Under the pieces are notes generated by a model, which was not told the DNA's origin, did not search any database, and saw nothing but the letters and a program-made list of their open reading frames with translations. From Gemmatimonadales bacterium (lineage in GTDB: Bacteria; Gemmatimonadota; Gemmatimonadetes; Gemmatimonadales; GWC2-71-9), in the NCBI GenBank assembly GCA_965249575.1, contig OZ252244.1:2688001-2752000 (forward strand): 64,000 nt of DNA, written 5' to 3'. Each line of letters begins with the position of its first letter. Position 1 is the stretch's first letter. Below are positions 1 through 8,375 of the stretch, one piece after another. The position numbers and the translations under genes are program-made.

Positions 1-252
1 GTCCCGAATGGCATCCATCCCCAAACACCAGCGATCGGCTAAGTCGATGCGGCCCGTTTCGACGCAGGCATGGACGACGCGCGTCGTGCGATAGAACCAA
101 TCGGGTTGGTGTTTCTTGATGGTGGCTGGCGTCATCCGTAGATCGACCGAAGCGGCCAGGGCCCAGGCCGACGGCAGCGACTGGTACTTCACGGCGTGCG
201 GCCGCACCCTGCGCGCCGTGGAGCCACTCGGACCGATCATCGAACGCGTCAT
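1..252 (-). CDS. Phage early hypothetical protein (runs off the left edge)
   Basis: ATG at 252 overlaps the stop of the upstream ORF (ATGA); frame is open to base 1 (MTRSMIG...MTPATIKKHQPDWFYRTTRVVHAC...). Confidence 0.55.
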   Translation of the reverse strand, partial: MTRSMIGPSGSTARRVRPHAVKYQSLPSAWALAASVDLRMTPATIKKHQPDWFYRTTRVVHACVETGRIDLADRWCLGMDAIRD

Positions 253-425
253 GCGGCGGCTGCTTTCCCACGTTTTATCCACGCCTTCCGCTGCGCATTG
301 TGGTGCTGCATCCGGCAGCGCGTCCGACAAAACCGCTGATTGGGACGCTTGGGCTCGAACCGTCGTCCGCACCGAGGGCACGCGAGAACGCGCTGTCCCC
401 GGGGCCGACCTGCCGTTTTCAGCAT
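249..425 (-). CDS. Small zinc-finger phage protein
   Basis: CPRCGRRFEPKRPNQRFCRTRC (CxxC...FCxxxC); start uncertain. Confidence 0.6.
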   Translation of the reverse strand: MLKTAGRPRGQRVLACPRCGRRFEPKRPNQRFCRTRCRMQHHNAQRKAWIKRGKAAAA

Positions 426-492
426 TCCCCGCTCCGCCGTGTGAAATGGCAGGGGATGCCGTTTACACGGCAGGAAGGGGTATTCGCGGGAT

Positions 493-729
493 TCATGCGA
501 CGGGCTGGCGGACATGGGCGAACACGGCGTCCCGGACAGCGATGGATTCCGCGAAAGCCAGCATGACGACCCGGACGCCAGCGGACTGGTTCCAGCCCGA
601 GTTGTCGAGGGCAGCAAGAATCCTGTCCTTCTCAACCTCCGATACCGAGCCGCCGATCGTCACCGAACGTCGGATGTCCTGATCTTGCTGGGAGCTTGCA
701 GAAGGTGTAGATAAACTGTTGTTAACCAC
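493..729 (-). CDS. Cro-position small DNA-binding protein
   Basis: 78 aa, first gene divergent from the repressor, downstream of a strong leftward promoter. Confidence 0.5.
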   Translation of the reverse strand: MVNNSLSTPSASSQQDQDIRRSVTIGGSVSEVEKDRILAALDNSGWNQSAGVRVVMLAFAESIAVRDAVFAHVRQPVA

Positions 730-786
730 CGGCTTAGCTCCGTAAAGGGGGATGCTCCAAGTATAGCTTGCCCCACCTCAAGGCTA

Positions 787-815
787 ACATTACTCTACTT
801 AAGGGCGACTGTCAA
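787..815 (-). promoter_or_regulatory. Leftward (lytic/early) sigma70-type promoter
   Basis: Minus strand TTGACA (815-810), 17-nt spacer, TAATGT (792-787). Confidence 0.75.
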
Positions 816-824
816 TACTCAAGT

Positions 825-1478
825 ATGGTTGAGAGACGACCGATCACGCAGGCTGAGTTCGCGAAGCGCCTCCGGTACGTGATGGATGAGGTGTGGCCGG
901 TAAAGATTCGGGGAAGGGACATCGCCGAGATTGCGCAAGTTGCACCGAACACGATCAGCCGCTGGAGAAACCCCAAGTACGCCAGTGGTCCGCCATCCCA
1001 GCGCGACATGCAGGAGCTTGAGCTGGCGGTGGGTTTGGCTAGGGGCAGCCTCCTAGCGCCCACCAGTCCTTGGAAAGAGCGACTCGAAGAGCTAAGAGAT
1101 CTGGTAGCTGAAGCGACTCGCGATGGGCGGCAACGGTTTCATCCATCGCAGATCCTGAGCCACATGATGTGGCGGGGATGGGGTCCTTCGGGGTCGCCTA
1201 CTCGGGTGGCCGAGACCCTCCCTCGCGGGGTGCAGGCCATGAGCCCAGATTCCATGGGTGGATCACAGGGGGATGAGAGCACCATGGAGGCGCCGGAAGA
1301 TTGGCTCGCGTTCGCGCTGCGCTTCGCGCGGATGCTGCGGAACGACGAAGTGAAGGTCGCCCTCGATGTCCGATTGGCACTGATTGATGATGCAGAACAA
1401 CTCTGGAAGGAGCAGGGCGTTACGATGGCGAGCTACTTCCAGGCCCTTCGAGAAGAGCAGCGACGCAAGGCTTCCTAA
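825..1478 (+). CDS. cI-like XRE-family HTH repressor
   Basis: FAKRLRYVM...GRDIAEIAQVAPNTISRWRN...P HTH; divergent from the early genes and followed by an ImmA-like gene; no RBS before ATG825 (possibly leaderless). Confidence 0.8.
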   Translation: MVERRPITQAEFAKRLRYVMDEVWPVKIRGRDIAEIAQVAPNTISRWRNPKYASGPPSQRDMQELELAVGLARGSLLAPTSPWKERLEELRDLVAEATRDGRQRFHPSQILSHMMWRGWGPSGSPTRVAETLPRGVQAMSPDSMGGSQGDESTMEAPEDWLAFALRFARMLRNDEVKVALDVRLALIDDAEQLWKEQGVTMASYFQALREEQRRKAS

Positions 1479-1494
1479 CGCGGTCTGGCGCTGT

Positions 1495-1980
1495 GTGCTT
1501 GCCTGTTGGGACCTCGGCATCCTCTACGCGGATGACGACTGGGCCCCGATCTCCGATATCAATCTTCAGCTCCTGCTCCGGCGCGCGGGGATCCGCGTCC
1601 ACCAGCTCCCGCTCTACGGCCCCGCCGAAATTGTCTGGCCCGCGATCTGTGGGACGCACCTGATGTACGTCGAACGCATGCAAACGGCGGGCGAGAAGTC
1701 CTTGGCGATTCGCCACGGGTTAGGACATGTCCTGGCCGGCGACCTCGCCGATCCGAGCTGTAACCATGACTGCAGCCACTGGAGCGGCTTCGAGGAGGCG
1801 GAGGCCGATGGCTTCGCCATGGTCGATCTCATCCCGAATCGTCTGCTCATGCAGTGGCAGGCTGTCTGCGAAACGCAGGCGGAACTCGAGGGCTACGTCA
1901 GGGACGAGCTCTGCCGGTACGTCCCGAACTGGCCGGCCGATCGGGTCGCCGATCGGGTCAGGCTGAGGCTGGCACTGTGA
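1495..1980 (+). CDS. ImmA/IrrE-family metallopeptidase-like protein (motif reads HGLGH, not HExxH)
   Basis: AIRHGLGHVLAG...EEAEADGFA matches the HExxH...ExxAxxFA pattern; directly follows the repressor; start uncertain. Confidence 0.75.
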   Translation: MLACWDLGILYADDDWAPISDINLQLLLRRAGIRVHQLPLYGPAEIVWPAICGTHLMYVERMQTAGEKSLAIRHGLGHVLAGDLADPSCNHDCSHWSGFEEAEADGFAMVDLIPNRLLMQWQAVCETQAELEGYVRDELCRYVPNWPADRVADRVRLRLAL

Positions 1981-3248
1981 GCCGCAAGAGAGCGGTGCGT
2001 TATCCGACGACGGTGGTACTGGCAGTTCTCGCATTGGCTTGTTCAGAGAATCCGAGCGCCCCTCCCCAAAGTGGAGGCGGGGCTAACCCCACCAATCCAC
2101 CACCACCGGATCCACCACTACTTCCGCCAACAACCAAGACTCTCGAATTCAAGGCGCTCGCCGCAGGGGGCGGGCACACATGCGCCATCACGCGCGTCGA
2201 CGAGACCTACTGCTGGGGAGTCAACTTGACCGGTCAGTTGGGGATCGCGGACACGACGATTCAAACCACGCCCGTTTTTGTGTCTAATGACTTCGGTAGT
2301 GTTACCGCAGGCGGAGCACACACATGTGCTATAGACAGCCGCAGTGAGCTCTACTGCTGGGGTGATAACGGCCGTGGGCAACTTGGACGCGGCTCTTCCG
2401 GCATCTTTTCAAGTACTCCGGCAAAGGTCGTACAACTTCCACCGGTATCGAAGGCCGTAGCCTATAGCCAGACAACCTGTGCCGTGACCTTGACTGGGGA
2501 GGTGTACTGTTGGGGTGACAATATCTGGGGGAAGCTCGGGCTCTCTTTTCTCTGGCCCAACGGAACATTCGAATCCGCGGTGCCTGTGCAGATAACAGCC
2601 CAAGTCGAGTTCACAGACGTCTCGGTTGGCGCCTATCACGCCTGCGCGCTCGACACGGTAGGTTATGCGCATTGTTGGGGCTGGGGGTTGCAACTGGGCA
2701 CTGGAACAGTCAGCAACAGGGAGGTCCTCTCGCCTCTCCCGGTGGCTGGAAACAATCTTTTTACCACAATCAGTTCTGCGGCCCATACCTGTGGCATCGC
2801 TACAAACGGGGATGGATGGTGTTGGGGGGATGACGGTCGAGGGGAAATGGGCAACGGAAATTGGGGTGAGTCGACCGATACACCGACGAAAGTTGTTGGC
2901 GCACTCACGTTCACGGGACGCATGGCCACTGGCGGAGGACTCAGCGGCCTTGGTGGGGATCCATATACTTGCGCCACCACTGCGGGCATGACCGCCTACT
3001 GTTGGGGTGGGAACAGTGAAGGCCAATTGGGGAACGGGATTACTACACAGGGGGTGACGACTGAGCCCCGTCTGGTTGAGGGCAACCACGAATTCACTCG
3101 CGTCGTTGCTGGTTACCGACATGCGTGTGCCATCACCCTGACCTACGAAGCGTATTGCTGGGGGCGTAACACGTGGGGCAACCTCGGCGACAGCACTACA
3201 ACAGATAGCAACGTCCCGGTGAAGGTCGTGAATGAAGTGGAAGCGTGA
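1977..3248 (+). CDS. RCC1-repeat (beta-propeller) lipoprotein, cassette 1
   Basis: GTG start overlaps the immA stop; signal peptide with LALA-C lipobox; seven HTCA...YCWG.N..GQLG-type repeats. Confidence 0.9.
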   Translation: MSRKRAVRYPTTVVLAVLALACSENPSAPPQSGGGANPTNPPPPDPPLLPPTTKTLEFKALAAGGGHTCAITRVDETYCWGVNLTGQLGIADTTIQTTPVFVSNDFGSVTAGGAHTCAIDSRSELYCWGDNGRGQLGRGSSGIFSSTPAKVVQLPPVSKAVAYSQTTCAVTLTGEVYCWGDNIWGKLGLSFLWPNGTFESAVPVQITAQVEFTDVSVGAYHACALDTVGYAHCWGWGLQLGTGTVSNREVLSPLPVAGNNLFTTISSAAHTCGIATNGDGWCWGDDGRGEMGNGNWGESTDTPTKVVGALTFTGRMATGGGLSGLGGDPYTCATTAGMTAYCWGGNSEGQLGNGITTQGVTTEPRLVEGNHEFTRVVAGYRHACAITLTYEAYCWGRNTWGNLGDSTTTDSNVPVKVVNEVEA

Positions 3249-3260
3249 ACCAACGACCCC

Positions 3261-3515
3261 CATGTGCTGGCGGGTCACGTCTCAGAGCAGTCGTACAACT
3301 TTCATGGTGGGGACTGGCGGGATTACGAGGAGCAGGTCGCCGACCTCTTCGCGCTGGTGGATCTCATCCCGAATCGCCTGCTCATGCAGTGGCAGGCGGT
3401 CTGCGACACGCAGCAGGATCTGGAGTCGTACGTGACCGATGAGCTCCGGCGCTACGTCCCCGACTGGCCCGACGAACGGGTCGCCGATCGGGTCAGGCTG
3501 AGGTTGACGCTGTGA
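3261..3515 (+). pseudogene. Orphan C-terminal half of a second immA allele
   Basis: HVLAG...VDLIPNRLLMQWQAVC...RVADRVRLRLTL; 56/84 aa identical, ungapped, to the immA C-terminus by hand alignment. Confidence 0.9.
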
Positions 3516-3869
3516 GAGATCATTATCGCACCTGGACAGCACTGGTGTTCGCGATCGGCTTGATCTTCGGATGTGGCGACACACCGGTCGCCGCGCCAAA
3601 TCCGCCGGCCTTCGATGTAGAGGTCACCTTTTACTAGCGAACGAGGCAGCAATTGCATCTTTCGCTTTCGGGCCGTGGCGAACGATCCGAACATCGCCGT
3701 CAATTACAACCTAGAGGTCAACGGTCGACCTCATTCGAGTGGGCAGTTTTGGGGCGAACTCGAGGAGAGCTGGGCGCAGTCTTACGGCGGTGCCAATCCG
3801 AACGTCCACTACCAATTCAGTGTCGGTACTACGTGGAGCGTGAACAGGAGTATTGGCGCGAGCTGCTGA
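3512..3869 (+). CDS. Small lipoprotein, cassette 2 (one +1 frameshift at TTTT 3629-3632)
   Basis: GTG at 3512 gives MRDHYRTWTALVFAIGLIFG-CGDTP...; removing one T joins it to the 3675-3869 frame. Confidence 0.7.
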
Positions 3870-3937
3870 GGGGACTCTTGACCACCGCGCCGGACGACGA
3901 CGGGGGGCCCAGGTATCGATTCTGCAAGGAGGTACTA

Positions 3938-4746
3938 TGACCAAGGTCTCCAAGCGGTTCCTGAATCGCGCCAAACCGGCGCTCCGCAAATATCAGCGTA
4001 TCATCGAAGCATCCCGCGATCGTGACGTCAACGAATCCGACACGGTGGTCGTCATCACCGACTTCCTGAGCGACGTCCTAGGCTACGACAAATACGAGGA
4101 GATCACCACCGAGTACTCGGTCCGGCGCACGTACTGCGATCTCGCAGTCAAGGTCGGTGGCGATCTCCGCTTCCTCATCGAGGTCAAGGCGATCGGGAAG
4201 GACCTGCGCGAGAACCACCTGCGGCAGGCGGTGGATTATGGGGCGAGGGAAGGCATTGAGTGGGTCCTGCTGACCAACGGCGTCGAGTGGCAGGCGCATC
4301 GCCTTCGCTTCGAGAAACCCATCCAGCACGACCTCGTCATCACGATCGACCTCCTGGACGCTGACGCGAAACCCGCTACCCTCCTCGAGCAGCTGTATCT
4401 CCTGAGCCGGGAAGCGGCGCAGAGCGATGCGATTGATCGGTTCCGCCGGCAGCAGGAGGCCACGAACCGCTTCGTGTTGGCCCAAGTCGTGCTGAGCGAG
4501 CCCGTGGTCAAGGTTGTACGACGCGAGCTCCGGCACCTGTCGCCCGAACTCCGGATCTCCGACGAAGAAGTGACCGAGCTGCTCACGACGAGCGTGATCA
4601 AGCGGGATGCCGTCGATGGTGAACAAGCCAAGGAAGCGGTGTCCTTCGTTCGACGGGCGGCTCGGCGGCGGGCCCGCCGATCCCGGGACACCGCTTCACC
4701 TCAGCCTGAGCCTCCGGCAATGGAAGCGGCGGACGCTGGTGAGTAA
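3938..4746 (+). CDS. HsdR N-terminal-like PD-(D/E)xK nuclease domain protein
   Basis: NESDT...LGYD...EY...CDLAV...LIEVKA...QAVDY...WVLLTNGVEW; AAGGAGG RBS. Confidence 0.85.
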
Positions 4747-4783
4747 GGGCTTCCTGGCAGCCGTCGCGGTACTCGTTGGCGCT

Positions 4784-6253
4784 GTGACGTGGCCGAAGGG
4801 GACGAGAGCTGGCGCATCAACGCTCGCAGTCATGGGTGTCCTTGTGCTCGCGTGCGGTGACACAGTTGTGAGCCCCGGTGGGGGGAGTGGGGGCGGGAGC
4901 GGTGCTGGCTCGATTCAGGTTTCGGTCAGCACCAGCGGTACGGGAACGGATCCTAGCGGCTACACCGTGAACGCTGGTGGCCAATCCCAGTCCATATCGA
5001 CTGACGGCTCTGTCACGATCGCCGATCTTGTCCCAAATAGCTACGACGTCTCCCTTGCCGCCGTGTCTGGAAACTGCACCATCGATGGCGCGATCACGCA
5101 GTCGATTCAGGTGTCCACCGGCGGCGTTACACCAGTCTCGTTTGACGTGCGCTGTGCTGGGCGACTTATGTATACGATATGGAATTCGAATTTTGATATC
5201 GAGTTCATGTACGTCGGCTTCGATGGAAGTCTGGTCAACCTTTCCAATGATCCGGCTCGCCTGGTCAACCTTTCCAATGATCCGGCTCGCGACACTCACG
5301 GGACTTGGTCCCCAGACGGATCCCGTATCGCATTTTGGCGGGAGGCGAGCACTTTCCAAGCAATGTACGTCGTGAATGCCGACGGGAGTGGATTAAACGA
5401 GCTCACGCGTGACGGCGGATTGGGAACACTCCTGTGGTCGCCGGATGGCTCCCAAATCGCCTACTCACGGGCGCAAGATCTCTACATTATACCGGCTGCG
5501 GGTGGGGTTCCGGTCAACATCACTGGGACGGGTGCGAATTTCGGTTTTGCTTGGTCGCCGAACGGAACGAGAATCGTCTTCAGCAGCAACCGATCGAACA
5601 ACGAAGATATCTATACGGTCGCACCGGACGGCAGCCAATTGACCCTACTGACCATAAACCCAGCTCGCGACAAGGATCCCATTTCGTCACCGGACGGGTC
5701 CCAAATCGCTTTCGTAAGCGACAGGGATGGAGTCTTCGGGATCTACATCATAAACGCGGGTGGCGGCGGCTTGAGAGCGGTAACGACAAACACGGTGGAT
5801 TTTCCAAAAGATCTCAGATGGTCGCCGGATGGATCACGCATTGCGTTTGACAGTCGTCAGGACGGGAACCCGGCCGCGCAGTGTCGATTCGACATCTACT
5901 CTGTAGCAAGCGATGGATCCGGTCTAGTGAAGCTGAGTCAGAACGCCGGCTTGGATTGCCCGTCGTGGCATCGCTGGTCACCAGATGGTGCTCAAATAAT
6001 CTTTGCGAGCGGGCCCGACGACATCAGTGACCGAGATATCTATGTCGTGAACCCGGATGGTACGGGTCTTCAGAAACTCACGAATGAATCGGCCAACTTC
6101 CGGCCGCACTGGTCGCCGGCCGGGTCGCAGATCGCGTTCAGCAGCCGACGGGACGGCAAGCACGACATCTTCGTCATGGATCCGGACGGCAGCAATGTGA
6201 TCAAGATAACGCACAATGCTGTTGGTGGCGGAGCCGTGCGCTGGCAGCCCTAG
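4784..6253 (+). CDS. TolB-like PD40 beta-propeller lipoprotein, cassette 3
   Basis: GTG within GCTGTGA; VLVLA-C lipobox; repeated WSPDGSxIAF motifs. Confidence 0.88.
   Translation: MTWPKGTRAGASTLAVMGVLVLACGDTVVSPGGGSGGGSGAGSIQVSVSTSGTGTDPSGYTVNAGGQSQSISTDGSVTIADLVPNSYDVSLAAVSGNCTIDGAITQSIQVSTGGVTPVSFDVRCAGRLMYTIWNSNFDIEFMYVGFDGSLVNLSNDPARLVNLSNDPARDTHGTWSPDGSRIAFWREASTFQAMYVVNADGSGLNELTRDGGLGTLLWSPDGSQIAYSRAQDLYIIPAAGGVPVNITGTGANFGFAWSPNGTRIVFSSNRSNNEDIYTVAPDGSQLTLLTINPARDKDPISSPDGSQIAFVSDRDGVFGIYIINAGGGGLRAVTTNTVDFPKDLRWSPDGSRIAFDSRQDGNPAAQCRFDIYSVASDGSGLVKLSQNAGLDCPSWHRWSPDGAQIIFASGPDDISDRDIYVVNPDGTGLQKLTNESANFRPHWSPAGSQIAFSSRRDGKHDIFVMDPDGSNVIKITHNAVGGGAVRWQP
5231..5290 (+). repeat. Perfect in-frame 30-bp tandem duplication (LVNLSNDPAR x2)
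   Basis: ctggtcaacctttccaatgatccggctcgc occurs twice back to back. Confidence 0.95.
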
Positions 6254-6258
6254 TCGAG

Positions 6259-6293
6259 ACCTATCGGTGACCACCCCGCTCGACGAGCACGGC
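6259..6293 (+). repeat. Remnant copy of the 5' end of the BRCT-type gene at 8890
   Basis: 31/35 nt identical to 8882-8916; all four differences are synonymous. Confidence 0.85.
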
Positions 6294-6442
6294 GCACCTA
6301 AGGTGGGATCGCAAGGTGGACATGGCCGAGCGGGATATCTGGCAAGCTATCACCCATCATTGAACACGGCGTTATACGGGGGTATTCAGGGTGCCCCTGG
6401 TGAAGCGTCGGGCGCGGCGTCTGTGACCTAAGGAGAGAAGCA

Positions 6443-8038
6443 ATGAAACGTGTGTGTGCCGGTGCACTGGCTGTAGGCCTGCTCACGATCGTCCCGGGTG
6501 CGGCTCACGCGCAACTCGAGAGCGTGGGTTCGATCGATTTTCCGACTTCCGCGTCGGGACAGACGCAGCAGCACTTTTTGCGCGGCGTCGCCATCCTGCA
6601 CAGCTTCGGCTGGAAGCAGGCCATCGAGCAGTTCCAAGCGGCTCAGCAGATCGACCCCGATTTCGCGATGGCTTACTGGGGGGAGTCGCTCGCCTACAAC
6701 CATCCGCTCATCACCCAGATGGACCCCACGGAGCCTCGTAACGTGCTTGCGCGCTTGGGGCCCACCAAGGCCGAGCGATTGGCAAAAGCGCCGACGGATC
6801 GCGAGCAGGGGTTGCTGAGCGCCGTCGAGATCCTGTGGGGGGAAGACGATCACGTTGCCCGGCGGGTCGGGTACATGGAGGCGATGAGTCGACTCCACAA
6901 GCAGTACCCCGACGATTCCGAAATCGCCGCCTTCTATGCGTTGTCGATGCTGAGTGCGGTGCGTGCAACACGCGACCTGAGCCAGCGGCTCAACGTCAGG
7001 GCCGGCGCCATCGCCTTGAAGCTGTTCGAGCAGAACCGGAACCATCCGGGTGCCGCCCACTACGCCATCCACTCGTTTGACGATCCGGTGCATGCCCCGC
7101 TCGCGCTGGAAGCGGCCTATCGCTTCGCGGAGATAGCACCGGCCGTATCGCACGCGCGGCACATGCCGACCCATATCTTCATCCAGCACGGCATGTGGGA
7201 CCGTGTCTCCAGCAACAACCAATCCGCCTATGATGCGGCTCGCGAGCTGTGGAGACCCGGTGATCCAATGGGCGATGCGGTCCATGCCCTCGATTGGGGT
7301 CAGTACGGCGACCTGCAGCGTGGGGACTACGCGAAAGCGCGCCATTGGATCGAGCGTATCGAGACAATGGCCGGGCAAGGCACCTTCTTGGAAGGTGGGC
7401 CACGCGGAACGCCTGGACAAGCCCGCGCCAAGCGTGCGGTCCCACTCCTCAAGTCGCGCTATATCGTCGAGACCGAGGAGTGGACGGTCCGGCCGATCAC
7501 GGACGAGACGTCCACCCACGAGCTGCTGGCCACTGGTCTCAGCGCGGCACGCACCGGTCACCAGGCGGCCTTGCGGGAAGTCGAGGCCGCGCTCCAGAAG
7601 ATCATCGACAGTGGTAAAGCCACGGGTCGGGACGCGAAGGAGTACGCGTCCATCATGTACAAGCAAGTCGGTGCCCTCCTACATGCCGGCATGGGACACG
7701 TCGACATAGCGACGGGTCTGATGGACGAGGCCGTGGAAGTCGTGGAGGCCATGACCCCGCCGAGTGGCTCCGCCTCGCCGATCAAGCCGGTCCACGAGCT
7801 GTACGGTGAGATTCTGCTCGACCTCGATCGACCCAGCGACGCAATCGAGAAATTCGAGACCTCGCTCCTTCGGATGCCCAACCGGCCCCGGTCGTTGCTC
7901 GGAGTGGCGCGAGCATACGCTGCGACCGGCCACCGTGCGAAGGCTGCTGGAGCGTACCAGAAGCTGGCGGCGGTGTGGGCAAACCGCGAATCGTTCGCAG
8001 GGCTGCAAGAGGCTCAGCAGTACTTGGAGACGTCGTAG
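6443..8038 (+). CDS. Secreted TPR-like alpha-helical protein
   Basis: Signal peptide (AAHA-Q); DPDFAMAYWG, HPGAAHYAIH and SHARHMPTHIF motifs; AAGGAG RBS. Confidence 0.8.
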   Translation: MKRVCAGALAVGLLTIVPGAAHAQLESVGSIDFPTSASGQTQQHFLRGVAILHSFGWKQAIEQFQAAQQIDPDFAMAYWGESLAYNHPLITQMDPTEPRNVLARLGPTKAERLAKAPTDREQGLLSAVEILWGEDDHVARRVGYMEAMSRLHKQYPDDSEIAAFYALSMLSAVRATRDLSQRLNVRAGAIALKLFEQNRNHPGAAHYAIHSFDDPVHAPLALEAAYRFAEIAPAVSHARHMPTHIFIQHGMWDRVSSNNQSAYDAARELWRPGDPMGDAVHALDWGQYGDLQRGDYAKARHWIERIETMAGQGTFLEGGPRGTPGQARAKRAVPLLKSRYIVETEEWTVRPITDETSTHELLATGLSAARTGHQAALREVEAALQKIIDSGKATGRDAKEYASIMYKQVGALLHAGMGHVDIATGLMDEAVEVVEAMTPPSGSASPIKPVHELYGEILLDLDRPSDAIEKFETSLLRMPNRPRSLLGVARAYAATGHRAKAAGAYQKLAAVWANRESFAGLQEAQQYLETS

Positions 8039-8082
8039 GAGCGGATCATCGACAGCTGAAGAGCCTGAGGAGGCTCCCGATC

Positions 8083-8316
8083 ATGGAAGCCATGGACTCC
8101 AAAGCGGCAGAATACGCCGGGCGAGCATCCCCGATGCGGACGGTCGTGGAGCAGCTCCCAGACGGAACAATCCAGTGGGCCAAAAGCCTGCAGGACTTCC
8201 CCGGATGTATTGTGCAAGCTTCGACTGGACCGGAAGCCCATCGGCGGCTGCGAGAGATCATCCCTCAGTATTCTGAACCGCTCCGCAACCGGGGAGTCGC
8301 GGTCCCCCCCCGGTGA
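8083..8316 (+). CDS. HicB-like antitoxin domain protein (no adjacent HicA)
   Basis: WAKSLQDFPGCIVQASTGPEAHRRLREIIPQY...RGVAVP resembles the HicB N-terminal fold; GAGGAGG RBS. Confidence 0.65.
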   Translation: MEAMDSKAAEYAGRASPMRTVVEQLPDGTIQWAKSLQDFPGCIVQASTGPEAHRRLREIIPQYSEPLRNRGVAVPPR

Positions 8317-8375
8317 TCCCCGACTGGCCCGACGAACGAATCGCCGATCGGGTGCTGTTGAGGCTGGCACTGTGA
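8317..8375 (+). repeat. Third copy of the immA 3' end (59 bp, PDWPDERIADRVLLRLAL*)
   Basis: 50/59 nt identical to 3457-3515 and 48/59 to 1922-1980. Confidence 0.92.

Noticed and set aside
1485..1495. CTGGCGCTGTG before the immA start as a fifth cassette-anchor copy
   Set aside because: Only 11 bp, lacks the TGA, and its GTG is out of frame with immA; plausible by chance in GC-rich DNA.
6296..6433. ACCTAAGG direct repeats as the target-site duplication of a small element
   Set aside because: An 8-bp match with no terminal inverted repeats or transposase; insufficient evidence.
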